Shown here one piece after another: positions 51,043 through 64,000 of a stretch of DNA of 64,000 nt. Each line of letters starts with the position of its first letter. Within the stretch, counting starts at the first letter, position 1. The notes beneath the pieces are model-generated. The model did no database searches. It was given only the letters and a program-made list of their open reading frames with translations, and was not told the origin of the DNA. Origin of the DNA: Cycas panzhihuaensis (Eukaryota; Plantae; Cycadophyta). The position numbers and the translations under genes are program-made. Location of the stretch: positions 216,573,741 to 216,637,740 of the forward strand of contig CM041465.1 of the NCBI GenBank assembly GCA_023213395.1. Reading direction: 5' to 3'.

Positions 51043-51737
51043 AAGTTTTTTCTCAGATTTGAGCTATATTTCTTTAGATCTATATTTTTTATCATATATT
51101 TCACCATTTTTTTGTAGATTCTTGTCTATATTTCTAGATCTACGAAGGAGATCAATAGATTTCAGCTACAAGCTACATTTTTTTAAAGATTTGTGAAGGA
51201 TTTTTAGCTACCTGCAAGATTTATACAAGTTTTCTTCATATTTGTGATATATTTTCTCATATCTATATTTTGTTGTCAAATATTTGGCAATTTTCAAGTA
51301 GATTTCTGTCTATTTATCCTATATTTTTTTAGATCTGTGTAGGATTATAGCTACATGCAATATTTACTTAAGTTTTTCTTAGATTTGAACAATATTTCTT
51401 TAGATCTACATTTTTTTATCATATATTTCACCATGTTTTGGTAGATTCTTATTTATATTTCCAGATCTACAAAGGAGATTAGTATATTTTAGCTATAAGC
51501 TATATTATTTCAAAGATTTGTGAAGGATTTTCAGTTGCATGCAAGATTTATACAAGTTTTCTTCATATTTGTGATATATTTTCTCATATCTATATTTTTT
51601 TATAAAATATTTTACATTTTTCAAATAGATTTATGTCTATTTATCCTATATTTTTATAGATCTATACAGGATTGTAGTTGCATGCAATATTTACTTAAGT
51701 TTTTTCTCATATTTGAGCTATATTTCTTCAAGATCTG
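51043..51737. repeat. ~328-bp tandem duplication (about 2.1 copies) built of AGATCT/AGATTT sub-repeats
   Basis: AAGTTTTT(T)CT.A.ATTTGA...ATATTTCTT.AGATCT recurs at about 51043, 51370 and 51698 with colinear sequence between. Confidence 0.8.
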
Positions 51738-52697
51738 CCTTATACTTTTCAGATATGTTATACTTACATCAGATCTATAATATTTAGCTTAAATCTGTAA
51801 TATTTTTTAAAGTTTTCTTTAGATCTATTATGTTCTCTTTCATATCTAAATTTTTTCATTATATATTTGATGATATTTTTTAAAGTTTGATACAGATCTA
51901 TATTTTTTAGGCATATTCAGCCTTCTAAAAAAGCTATACAATAGATCTCATCTCTGCAAGTCTACAAATCAAGCTACATTACCAGGTTTTTTCAATTTCA
52001 TTCTCAGATTTAAGCATATAAATACATTTTATTTTTTTATGATATATATGCTGCAACATATTTGAAAAAGCTTTAGATACAAATATATATACATATATTT
52101 TTCTTTAATATATCTAAAATTTTCTAGTTCATTTGTGCTCCATTGAATTAACAAAAAAAACTCAATATTATTTTTATATTCTCTTTGTATAAATATATGA
52201 TTTTTTTAAATATTTATGAGAATAGAGGTATAAGTATAGCATTAATAGGGTCAATGTAAGCAAGAAATAACTAGAAAATAATACTGCACAAGTACACGTC
52301 AATTAACAAGTGGAAAACCCCTTCTGGGGAAGAAAAACCACCTCCTAAATCTAATTCATTAATAAAGAATTAAAACCATGATACAAAACCACCAACACAA
52401 AACCAACCTTTAAACAGGTATTTGGATAGCCCTTCTAGATTCCTGTAACCATCTCCATGAATCTAGGAGATAAATAAATACTACGAAGGTTCGTTAGAAT
52501 ATAGTTCTGTATTTCAACGACCATCCATAAATTAATAAAATAAACATAAATTTAAACATTAGAATCACTTAAATTATATATAAGACATGTGACTAAATAA
52601 TAACATTAAGAAACATAAAGCTTATATTATATCATCTAACATCCTAACATCCCCCTTTAATGCAAACTTTTGTACTAGAGAGAAAAGAAGAGCTTCA

Positions 52698-55600
52698 TCA
52701 CGGTGATCCCCCTTTGATGGAGACTTCTTTTATCTGTAATAGATCTTTGAGGTTCAAGAATTTAACTTTAGTTAGAGACTTCATAAGAATGTTAGCAATA
52801 TGTAGATCTGTTGCACAATAAGACAAAGAAACAAGATTATCAATAACTAAATTACAAATAAAATGTTGATATAATTCAATATGCTTAGTCTTAGAATATG
52901 AAACTAGATTTGTAGCTATAGCAATTGCACCTTGATTATCAACTTTAATTTCAATTGAAGAGTTTAGAGACAGACCAATTTCATTTAGTAAAGATTTTAG
53001 CCAAAGTGCTTCTTTACCAACCTCAACTAATGCTTGATATTCAGCTTTAGTCGTTGATAACGCTAAGGTCGATTTTTTCTGCACCAAGTAATAGGTGAGG
53101 AATCTATAAAAAATACATAACTTAAAGTAGATTTACGATCAAATATATCACCTGCCCAATCAAAATCAGTATATCCAGTTAACATTAGTGGTTTATTACA
53201 AAAATTATAAGTTAAACCATAAAATACAGTATGCTTTAGATAACATAAAATACATCTAGCAGCTTTCTAATGAGATTCGTGTGGTTATTGCATATAATAA
53301 GAACATAAAGCAACAGCATAAGAAATTTCAGGGTGGGTGTGAGTAAGATAGATTAGACTACCAATGAGTTATATGTATAGAGTTGGATCACATAACAGAG
53401 TTGGACAATCAGTAGATAGTTTAACTCCTGATTATAATGGATTTATTACGGGTTTAGCATTTTCCATGTTAAACTACTGAATTAAGTCTAGAATATACTT
53501 AAGTTAAGATATTATTATATTTGAATGATTTTGATAAACTTGTAAACCAAGAAAGTAATGTAATAGACCTAAATCAGTCATTTCAAATTTGTTCATTAAA
53601 GTAGATTTTATATGATGAATATTATGAGTTGATGATCCAGTAATGATAATGTCATCAACATTGAGGATTAGAATAGTAAGATTTTTATTTTCACATTTAA
53701 AATAAAGATTTGGATCACTAATACATCTAGTGTACCCAATATAAATTAAATAATCATCAACTTTAGTATACCAAGCTCGAGGAGCTTGTTTTAAACCATA
53801 AATGGATTTTTTAAGTTTACAAACTAAATTAGGATTTTTAATAAATCTAGGTGGCTATGACATATAGATCTCTTCTTTAAGATTACCATTCAAGAAAGCA
53901 CTCTTAACATCTATTTGGTGTATTTCCCAACCAAACTTAGCTGCAAGAGTAATAATTGTCTTGATTGTGTTCATCTTTGCAACGTAGGCAAAGGTTTCAT
54001 TATAATTAATGCCATCTATTTGAGAAAATCCTTTGGCAATAAGGCGAGCTTTATATTTTTCAACTGCACCTGTTGAGTTATATTTAGTCCTATAGACCCA
54101 TTTACAGTCAACGACATTTTTCCCGAGTGGGAGAGGAACAAGATCCCAAGTTAAATTTTTAATTAAGGCATCAAATTTAGTTTGCATAGCATTCTACCAT
54201 ATATAATTGTTTCTAGCTTGTTTGAATGTTTTGGGATTATTGTTGTCCATTATTTTTACCATTAAGGTAAAATTAGCATATAGTTTTTATGCACGTGTGC
54301 GTTTGGTATCAGTAGGATTACCCACATCAGATCCAGCATCAGCAAGCATTTTGGTTGCCCAAACAGGTTACTTGTGAGTAACTGTATCTGAAGATGTAGG
54401 TTGATTTGATGAACTAGCCTGAAGGGAAGGATTTGTTTCAGTGGGTTCAGATAGAGTCTAATTTTGGACTTAAGTTGATAAAGATTCTATAACTTCTGAA
54501 TCAACTTATTTATCAGAAGGGTCAACCAAACAAGTGTTGGTTATTTTTAACAAGAAGTTCTACATAAGTAGATGTTGAAGAAGATCCTTCTTCATCAAAG
54601 ATTACATCACGCAAAATAGAAATATGATGCGTGACTATATCTAAGAGTCTATAAGCTTTACTCTCTTCGCTATACCCAACGAAGATGTATTTTTGACTTT
54701 TTTTTATCTAATTTTTTACGTTTTTCGTGAGGGATATGTCCCCACGTAATACTGCCAAAGATTCATAAATGATTGACAAATGGTTTTCTTCTAGACTATT
54801 TTTTTTCTAGAGTAACGTTCTGTAGACATTTACTAGGTAAACGATTTAATAAATAATTAGAGTAGTTAATTGCTTCTACTCATAATTTTAAATCTAGATT
54901 TTTTGCATGTAATATGCAACGAGTCATCTCAACCAGAGTATGGTTTTTGCGTTCAGCAATATTATTTTGTTGAGGTGTGTAAGCAACAGAATGTTGGAAC
55001 CAAATTCTGTGTGATTTACAGAAAGAAGTAAATTTTCCACTTAAATATTCCTTAGCATTATCATATCGAAATATTTTGATTCTTGAATTTGATTAATTTT
55101 CAACTAATATTTTATATTCAACGAAAATGTCAAACACTTAACTACGTGTTTTGAGCATATAAACCCAACATTTTCTTGAATAATCATCTATAAATGTAAT
55201 AAAATAACGAGAACCTGAGTATGATGTTACATGAAAGGGTCCACATATGTCAGAGTAGACAAGTTCGAGTGGAGCAGTTGCTCCGTATTGAGTTTTATGT
55301 GGAAATGGTTCTATGTGTTGTTTGCTTATCACACAGACTTCACAAACACAATAAACAGTGTTTAAGGGTGGTAAACCATGAACCATTTCATGCTTCTTTA
55401 AATATTATAGTTTGCCATAACTTGTATGGCCAAATCTTACATGCCAAAGTTTGCTGATTGAGTCAGATTTAGTAATAAAGGCACTAAAAGAGTTTGATTT
55501 GTTATTTTGAAGACTGGTTAGACTATAAAGACCTATGTTATGATCAACAGATCCTGAGGCAATATGTCTGAATTTGTTTGATGGTTCCTTTATGATAAAT

Positions 55601-56913
55601 TTATTTTTCTAGAATTCGATGACAAGGTCTTTCTAGTAGATCTGATAGACTGAGAGTAGGTTTGGTAACAAACTAGGTACGTAAAAGACGTCCTTGATTG
55701 AACCATCTTTTAGAATAACATCACCAGAGCCTTTGACTTTAAGTTGATTACCACTTCCTAAAGAAATCTCTTCTTCAGAGTTCGTATCGGATTGATAAGT
55801 GGTTAAATTTTTCTAGTGTCTAGTCATGTAATAGGATGCACTAGAGTCAAGGATCCACTGTGGTGGTTGATTTGAAGGAGCAACAAATGCAGAAGTTGTT
55901 GCTACTAAAGAACGATTATGGGATTTACGATTTTGGGGTCTTGATTGAGAATGGGATTGAGGTTTATTTTGCAATCACTTGGAAGCTTTCCATACTTCTG
56001 AAGCTATTCTACTTCTACAGACATCAATAGTATGGCCTCTTTTATGATAATAGGCACAACTAGTGTTCTAAGAAGAAGTTGCATTGTTCCTATTAGAAAA
56101 TAATTAATTAGAAGTATTCTGGTGTTTAGTTGGACCAGAATATTTAACATTGTTTTGTGAATTAGATGGTGAACCTCTATGAGGTTTCTGAAATTTTGGA
56201 TTATTATGAAAATTGTTGTTCTATTGTTTGTTTTTAAATTGTGTCTTAGTTTTAGAAAACAAAGCCTGTGAAGGATCTTTTAATGCACCTGTTTAAATTA
56301 ACATTGTCTGATGTTCAATCAGCTGGTTTGTCATCTGATTGAATGTTATAGATGGGTTGCCAGCTTGTTATCTGGCAATTTTGAAGAGATTAAAGTGTAT
56401 TGGTAGTTTGTTTACTGTAAGACGTATGAGCGTATCGTCATCTCTAACATGCGTAGTTATTTTTTCAACATCACCTTCTTTGGTTTTAGATTTGATGTAG
56501 TTATCTAGATCTTTATTAATTGATTAAATTTTAGTTAAAAAATCCTCAACATTTGAAAATTCATCAAGAGTCAGGTTATACAATTGTTATTCTAGGACAG
56601 CCACTTGATGTGTATCAACCTTGTCATATTTTTCTTGCAAGGTTTTCCAGACAGTGGCTAAGTCATTTTTTTTAGAAAACTGCTGACTGATTTTTGGTGA
56701 GAGTGAGTTTAATATGGTGCCTAAGGCAGCATCTGAGTTTATCAGATATACCATAAGACTCTCAGTAGCATCTGCTTTTGGTTTTTGAAATTCACTTGTC
56801 ACATATCGCCATATCTTTTGCTGTTTAAGCTGATGGGATATGTGATTACTCCAATCGGCATAGTTTAAGCCTGTTAATACTGGAATTGGAATGCAGGTGA
56901 CTATCCCTGGCAT
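52698..56913 (-). pseudogene. copia gag-pol polyprotein (gag, PR, INT, RT, RNase H), many stops
   Basis: LTGLNYADW (gag), WILDSSASY (PR), LELVYSDICGP..FITFIDDYSRKCWVY (INT), KYKARLIAKGFSQ..HQIDVKSAFLNG (RT), ALSTTKAEY..DNQGAI..TKHI (RH). Confidence 0.93.
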
Positions 56914-57119
56914 TAATGCTATATTGGGAGTATTGAGGTTTGATTGTAGATTGAAGATTTATGAAGGTGATTGGAAAAATAATCACTTAGTAAAAAATAC
57001 TAATCATGTTAATAGATATAATTCAAGAAGGTATTCTAGTATGCATTAATTGTATTTACGAAAAAAATCATGTGTTTGTAAACAGAATGAATAAATAAAC
57101 AACTTCTTAAAACGTTGCT

Positions 57120-57945
57120 TTAAGCAATCCCTTTTTGATAAATAATTCTCTTAGAGAAATAGCCCCCCTTTGATAAATAGTCCCCCTTTGATAAATAAAT
57201 TAGTTGTCCTTACTCTAATGAAAAGTCCTTGGTTGATTAAAACAGTTCTTAAAAAAATTCTATATTCTTAAGCAAATAGTCCCCCTTTACTTGAAAAATA
57301 ATTAGTCCCCCTTAAAAAGTTAGTCCCCTTTAATCTTACAAATAAATAGTCCCTTTCAAAATAAAGAATCCCCCTTAATTTGAAAAATAAACAATTCCCC
57401 TTAAAAATAAGTATTCACTTAAAAAGGTTTAAGTTCCAAGAATATTAATAAAGTGTGAAATTAAAGTAATTAATTATCTTTTGAAATTGATTTTGTTAAG
57501 TGCTTTAAGATGATAATAATGTTGAAGATGTAAAACTAGTATATAAAGATGCATTTGGCCAAAAAAAAGTCTATATATACATTATCTAAAAAACATTATA
57601 GTAAGGAGGAGTTAAAGGGGAGGAGATTTTGTTTATATATTAATTATAATAGATAAATTAATCTTTAACAATAAAGTGTGAAGGGGGGTTTTGATTAAAT
57701 TTTATAAATCAAAAGGTAATAAGTAAGCGGGGGTATTTGATTATATCAAAATATAATAAGGGAAGGGGTGGGGGGGGGGGGTGTAGATTAAATTAAAATC
57801 AAAACATGATAGAAATGGGAGGGTGTATTTGATTTAATCTAAATCAAAGTGTAATAAAGAGAGGGGGTGTTTGATTTAATTTAAATCAAAGTGTAATAAA
57901 GAGGGGGGTGTTTGATTTAATTTAAATCAAAGTATTATAAAATGT
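57120..57945. repeat. Repeat arrays in the copia leader: AAATAGTCCCCCTT units and 40-bp G-tract/palindrome units
   Basis: About 9 TCCCCCTT-containing units at 57120-57410; GAGGGGGTGTTTGATTTAATTTAAATCAAAGTGTAATAAA-type units at 57820-57945. Confidence 0.75.
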
Positions 57946-60269
57946 TTAATTTTAACATTAGAATGTAGTGATAAGAGGGTTAAGTTTAATCATTAAAATG
58001 TAATAGGGTGGCAGAGGGTTTATTTTAATTACCCTAAGGTTGATTAGTCTTATAAATATATATATATATATATATAGAAGGGGGAAGGCTTTTGTTTTAT
58101 TTAAATAAAAAATGTGATAAGAGGGGGGGGGGGGGGCGGGGGTTAATGTTTTATTAAATCAAAAACTTAAAAAGAAAAATTAAAAATCTAAACCTAAATG
58201 GGAGGACCCAATGGAATTATAAATTAATAAAAACAAAATCAAAAATAAAAAATGTTTAGGATCCGGGGGGGGTTAGGTTTTTTTAAACCCTACCTCTTTT
58301 TCGCAATGGCCGACGATGCTCCTTTCTCCTTTCATTATAGGTCTGCAATGGTGTCGATGAGAAGGCTTCATCACCAAGTAGTTCAAGGATGTCTGTAGGT
58401 CGATGATGTTTGCAGGTCGCCTAAATCTTTTAATCATCACAAATGACTCTAGAGCTGCAACTGTAACGAGAAAGAATCCTACGACAACAGCATGCCCAAT
58501 GTTCCAGTTCCTTCGTGGTACTAGCACAACCCTAAATCTTCATCCTCCTTCAAAATTTGGTTGTTGGTTCTATTCATCCATGCTTAACGCAGGCTTGTTT
58601 CCACTCTGGTCACCGTCTTCTTCTTGTTCCAGTTAGTGGAGACTCACGCACCTCCTCAGCCTTTATTTATGTCTACAAATCTCCATCCCCGCTGACTTCT
58701 CTCTTTACAAAAAAAGCTCAAACCAATGGTGGTTTTGGTTGCTGTTTGGTTCTCATAGCAATATCTCACTCAATCTTCCTTCGCGGGATCAAAGATCAGT
58801 GCCCAAAAATTTCCCTATTCGTATATTGAGACCGAGGAGAGACCAAGACGAAGGAATCATTTCGTAGTTCTAGTGAGGGCTTTAACTCTATTTTATCTTG
58901 TAATTTTTTATAGTGGTAGAGATTCTTACATAATGTTCTAACAGAATCTTGGTGCTTTGTGTTATAGATTAAGATCTTTGTGATGCAGTATTAGAGAATA
59001 GTTCTGGCATCCTTTATCAATGGAGTCCTTTGTCATGTGTCCCTACAAGCAACTTCAAGGCATGCTTGTCTGCATTTGTGTATGTATAATGGAGAGCAGC
59101 AATGGCTTTCTCACTTTATATTTCAGACAGGGCTACGTGCAGACATTTTCACACAAAAATTTTCTTTTCCTTATATGTAGAGAGATGCATACGCGCTTAC
59201 AGGCATGTCCTAGATTTTGACATCAAGGTCGAGGTTGGGCAGAAGAGTTGTTGAGTAGCTTAGAGGAAAGACTTTTAAACCTTGCTCAAATGCACTAGTC
59301 TTCAGTGTCTTCTGAAGTCCTGTAGAGTTCTACCACTTTAGTTCCATAAAAGGATCACTCCTCTAATGCAACAACATCAGAAAATCCCAAGCAGATCATT
59401 CCTCAAGTCCTGCTCTGATTCTATGTGAGAGAATAGAGGCACAAGTACAACATTAACAGGATCAATGTAAGCAAGAAATAACCAAAAAATAACACTATAT
59501 AAGTACACATCAATTGACAGGTGGAAAACCCCTTCTAGCGAATAAAAACCACCTCCTAAATCTAATTCATTAATAAAGAATTAAAACCATGATACAAAAC
59601 CACCAATACAAAAACGGCCTTTAAACAGGCATTTGGACAGCCCTCCTAGATTCCTGGAACCATCTCTATGAATCTAGGAGATGAATAAATACTATGGAGG
59701 TTTGTTGGAATGCAGTTCTGCATTTCAATGACCATCCATAAATTAATAAAATAAACATAAGTTTGAACATTAGAATCACTTAAATTACATATAAGACATG
59801 TGACTAAATAATAACATTAAGAAACATAAAGTTTACATTATATCATCTAACATCCCAATAATATTACATCATTTACAAAAAAGGGGGAATATAATAACTT
59901 ATTGCATGTAGATATAGATTGTACAAGGCTCTGTATCCTAAAGCATAGCATACAGAATTTTGAATCTTTCTTTTAAAGAACCTAATTGGCAAAGAGGTTC
60001 TCCTTCTTATTGTTCTTAAACAAATCTGCTTCATTCAAACAGCTACTCACCCAGTAACTTTTATGGGGGATTAGGATTGTTCCTTCGATATACTAAAGTC
60101 ATATTTAAACCAATCAAAATATTTGCTATAATAAACAAAAAAAACTTTTGACAACTTAATTTTTTTAAACAAACCCCATCATTTGGTGTCCAACATTCAA
60201 GTCTCATCCTCAATAGAGAGGATAACAAAACCTCCTCTATCACATCATACATACGTATTGCACTAACTA

Positions 60270-60530
60270 GGTGGAGAAAGGAAAATATTTCTCTCCTAGA
60301 AGTCTTTAACAGTCTTCTTTTATCCCTGCAGAATCATTTCAAACCTTTTCTTAAGTGTCCATTAAGTGTCAACCTCTCTCCATATTCCTTTAGAGTATAC
60401 AGAGGCAAATGAGACTCACTTAACCAATACTTGTTCCTACAATCTAGAGCCTCTCCAAGTCTATCTCCATGCTTGGTAATGTGTGTTAGAAATTTTCAAC
60501 TATTTTTTATTCTTTAGAACAAATCTAAAC
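60270..60530 (-). pseudogene. Fragment resembling DDT/PHD-domain PTM-like chromatin protein
   Basis: RNKYWLSESHLPLYTLKEYGER resembles the KYWL.E.Y(V/I)PLYL.KE(F/Y)EE motif recalled from PTM-family proteins. Confidence 0.5.
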
Positions 60531-60600
60531 CCAAAAACCAAGTGGGTATGGTGTTATCCACCGGGACCAAGTGAGTGGAATAAACCGAGAGCAAATATCA

Positions 60601-61328
60601 ATCCAAATCTTTCCTATAAACAATTGAAATAGGGACATTTATTCCATCATAAGCTACTGCCCATTTTCAAATGGTTTCATATTTCTCCTCATCAAATCCT
60701 CCCAATACTGGTTAAACCTTCTTTAGAATTGATCTGCCACTATCCATATCATAGTCATAAATAAATGAGGGTGTGTGTAATGAGCTATACTCATATCATA
60801 ACACATGAGAATTAAATTATGATTTAATGCATGATATGGAATATACAGGATCAATAAATTAAATAATCTGGCCACTTGAAAGTTTTTTAATTACTTCTCC
60901 TATAGGTGGAAGATGATAAACGATTATTTTTGCTAATCCATTTTCACGCTCATATACAACTAGATGATCCTTGAATGCATGCACCTCAATTTCACACTTG
61001 GCCTGTGATGAAGCAACACAGTTATAGTAGTTACATCATCTATAAAGAAAACAAGTAACTCAAAGTTGAAAACCTTAACACTTCTCCTTTTAATGAAAAA
61101 GTAGTCCCCCTGATGACTTCCTTCTATGTCAAATCCCTCAACACACGAGGTTAAGTACATCAGTTCCTTGTGTGCATCTGAAACTTTTACAAAGAGAACG
61201 AAGCTTGTAGTTTTATTCCCAGAAAGAACAAATAGGTATTACTGGATTTCTGATGCACAATGCCCTAAGCTAAATTTATCATCATTTTCATGATACAGGC
61301 AAGTATCATGAGACTGTTCTGAACCCAA
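60601..61328 (-). pseudogene. Intronless internal fragment of oligopeptidase B / protease II (prolyl oligopeptidase family S9A)
   Basis: LGSEQSHDTCLYHENDDKFSL..YLFV...SHQGDYFFIKRRS...TVLLHHRPSVK..FKDHLVVYERENGL..FIDPVYS...IYDYDMDSG...VLGGFDEEKYET.*KWAVAYDGINVPISIVYRKDL. Confidence 0.88.
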
Positions 61329-61329
61329 A

Positions 61330-61635
61330 TAGTGTTGCCAACAAGCTCTTTCAGCCTAATAACACCTTTGGTTATATCTAATAGTACATGGTTAAATGTA
61401 CGATAAATATCTAACACAACACGCTTAACAAGGTTACCTCTTTACCCCATCGTTCTCTCGCAAAACCAGCCAGAGACATCACAAGCATCCTTCAGAACCT
61501 GCTTCCACTCCCCTACTACCTCTGTGCCGTGTCTGTCGTCAGTTGAATGTTTTTTTGAAAAGCATTCGCATATAACCCTGAATCGTGGTTTCAGACATTG
61601 GGTAGGTGCATGCCATAAAATAAAAAAATAATTGA
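61330..61635 (-). pseudogene. TIR-domain fragment of a TIR-NBS-LRR-like gene
   Basis: LFY...YANAF.KH...EVVGEWKQVLKDACDVSGWFCERTMG*.GNLVKRVVLDI...LDITK matches the TIR C-terminus and TIR-NBS linker. Confidence 0.75.
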
Positions 61636-61644
61636 TCCTATGGA

Positions 61645-61850
61645 TTTCCACATCTGAGAGATCTCTCTGATTCTCATTCCTTGATGCTAGAAGATCACCC
61701 AAATCCGCACGGAGATCCTCTTCACACGATTCAAGACCATTCTATAGACAGTTCCCTTCATCTGCCTTGAGGAGTGTCACTACTCTAGGCATCCGTGTCT
61801 CTGTGCAGCTCCCACAGTGTGATAGGCTACCTGCAAGCCGTGACAACGTC
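61645..61850 (-). pseudogene. Possible receptor-like kinase C-terminal fragment
   Basis: LQVAY.../RMPRVVTLLKADEG resembles the RP.M..VV..L end of plant RLK kinase domains. Confidence 0.4.
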
Positions 61851-62682
61851 TACACATTCATGGCACTCAAGGCACCTTGCTATTTTTAAATTTCTTTTTT
61901 TAATTTTTACATAAAGTTTTAAAAATTTTAATTAAATTTGATATTTTTTTAAAATCTGGGTTTAAAAATTTTTAACCCCTTTTAACCATTAACCCTTGGT
62001 CACAAGACCCTATTATGTGACCATTAACTATTATAAAAGACGTCAACTCATTTTTCATAAAACTTTTTCTTTTATTTTTTTAATTTTTTATTTTTACATA
62101 GGGTTATTGACAAATTTTTTCCATAACTCCTCACTGAGTTATCAATTTCTGACGAAGCCAAATTTATTGAGTTAAAATTTTTCGTAGATCAATTTTAACT
62201 GGTCATATGACCAATTTGATGCTGATTTGACCCCGTTTCAGTCGATTTAAAGTCAATGAGTCCTTTTTTCAGTCTTTTTTAAACTTTTTATAAAATCACT
62301 TTTTGAATTGATTATATTTTATTACTGGGAAATTATTTTCTACCTTGATTTGTTCGAAAGTGATCTACGTTCAACAAACTTCATTACCCACCTTTTATTT
62401 TATTTTTTAGACTTCATTTTGATCATTATTTTGATTGCCGAAAGTGGCACTTTAATGTTTTTTAGCCTTTTTCTTAACATTTTACCATAAAGGTACCTAT
62501 TGCCATTTCTGTTATAACTTCTCTATTTGGCATCCAAATTTAGTTCCGTTAGTTTCGTTGGGAAGCTAACTCATTCCCCTTCGAACTAGCATAGGTTTTT
62601 ATATGTTTTAAGGTGTTTTTACTCATTTTCAAATCCATTAAAAGGGAGGTACTTAATAGCCTCAAATCTACTATTTTTACAC

Positions 62683-62684
<2 letters not shown>

Positions 62685-62767
<83 letters not shown>
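62685..62767. repeat. (TA)n microsatellite
   Basis: Directly visible. Confidence 0.98.
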
Positions 62768-62770
<3 letters not shown>

Positions 62771-63824
62771 AAAAAAATTTAGCTAAAAGTATATTGAGCA
62801 GTCCTCTAAATAATATTTAATCATATTTCAGAATTCTATAAAGTTTTATTCACATTTTTATAAGTTTTTGAGCTCTCTGCCCCTGTTAGGCCTCAAAACA
62901 AGGTATGTTCCTTTGATTTATTAAAACTTGACTTGTGTGAACTTGTTTTTAAAACGGTCAATTTCGTTGGATTCATGTTTTATTAATCTTTATGCTGGTG
63001 AAGTTTCACCTTATTTTGATATCGTTTAGTATAGCTTTGAAGATGCTAAACTTAAGAACTTGACATAACCTTACATTTGAAAAATCAAAAGGTTAAAAAT
63101 TTTTATTATTTTTTATCATTAAATTCTTATTTTTAGATTCGCATATTTAAAAGGATTTGTTACATTCAAATTTTCTCATATATTTATTATATTTCAAAAT
63201 TTTATTTGAAATTATACCTTATAAGGTTATACACTTATTCAAAGGGCATACACATTGAAACATTTATTTCCTTATTGCACCTATAAAGATTGTATTTACT
63301 TCATTTATTTTTAAAAGGTATTATATCTCATTCAAAAAATTTATTTGAAATCATATATGTTCATTGATTTATTGACTTTTTGACTTAGTAAAAGGATACA
63401 TTTTATGTACTAAAGTTCTTTGATAAAATGACATAATTTCCTATATTCAATGGGCATAAATTTTCACAATGATATAGGACTATGCAAGACTATTTTATTG
63501 AACATGATCTTTTGAAGTATTCACAACATGTGATCTAATTATTAAAGAAAATTTTAGAAAGGACAATGAAACGTTAGGTATATTATTTTGTACTATGACT
63601 GGTGATATTTTTTCAAAGGTTTCTGAATTAACAACTTCTAAATCAGTTTAGGATGTATTGATTTTTATTTATGGGGGAAATACCCTCCATGTATTTGATG
63701 ATATTTTTGATGAGCATGTGAGACAAGTGACAGAACATGTGAATCATAATGACAACACCTATGAAGATTCAGATCAAATGCATGACCAACTTGCTATATA
63801 AGTGCATGATCCTCCATTTGAGGG

Positions 63825-63896
63825 GGAGAATGAATCTTATGACATGATGGAGAATGAATCTTATGACATGATGGAGAATGAATATTATGATATGAC
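63825..63896. repeat. 24-bp tandem repeat x3 (GGAGAATGAATCTTATGACATGAT)
   Basis: Copies start at 63825, 63849 and 63873. Confidence 0.9.
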
Positions 63897-64000
63897 AGAA
63901 AAGAGACTTAATGATATAACAGTCAAAGTTAAATTTCTATAAGATAAAGTCAAAGTTGTAGCTATTCTTTTTTGTACAAATCAAGCATCATTTACTTACA

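Larger units (their letters stand above)
52215..59860 (-). mobile_element. Full-length degenerate Ty1/copia LTR retrotransposon
   Basis: 435-bp LTRs 52215-52649 and 59426-59860; TSD ATATT (52210-52214, 59861-59865); PBS-like GCTCTGATTCTA 59412-59423; PPT TCCCCCTTT at 52650. Confidence 0.93.

Noticed and set aside
57820-57945. Palindromic repeats as a CRISPR array
   Set aside because: No unique spacers, no cas genes, eukaryotic retroelement context.
58273-58829. ORFs in the copia leader as a captured gene
   Set aside because: No motif recognised in any frame examined.
60601-61328. Bacterial horizontal transfer of oligopeptidase B
   Set aside because: Motifs match the plant-type enzyme as recalled, and neighbours are plant gene fragments.
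61870-64000. Possible DNA transposon (CACTA/MULE) end and transposase relic
   Set aside because: No TIR, TSD or convincing transposase motif visible; window ends.

Overview
Eukaryotic, plant (gymnosperm-like by inference) intergenic DNA made almost entirely of nested LTR retrotransposons; no intact host gene, RNA gene or CRISPR array was found. Main contents: (1) a relatively young 16.5-kb Tat-clade Ty3/gypsy element (9031-25578, 2.55-2.58 kb LTRs, TSD GATGG). Its polyprotein RNase H lacks the first catalytic Asp, and its 3' region carries a stand-alone archaeal-type RNase H ORF (sense) and, divergently, an intron-containing antisense Plant Mobile Domain (PMD)-like gene. (2) An old, AT-eroded relative (about 42500-50173) retaining the same antisense PMD-like gene. 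(3) A 4.2-kb non-autonomous LTR element (4689-8896, TSD TTTAG) filled with apparently spliced host mRNA fragments (exportin-1, PPR, alkaline ceramidase). (4) A second mosaic of host gene fragments (kinase-like, TIR, oligopeptidase B, PTM-like) at about 60270-61850. (5) A decayed chromovirus-like element hosting three TSD-bounded insertions, a solo LTR, a minus-strand chromovirus-like element, a full-length degenerate Ty1/copia (52215-59860, TSD ATATT), other LTR relics and microsatellites. All protein identifications come from manual translation and remembered family motifs, not database searches.
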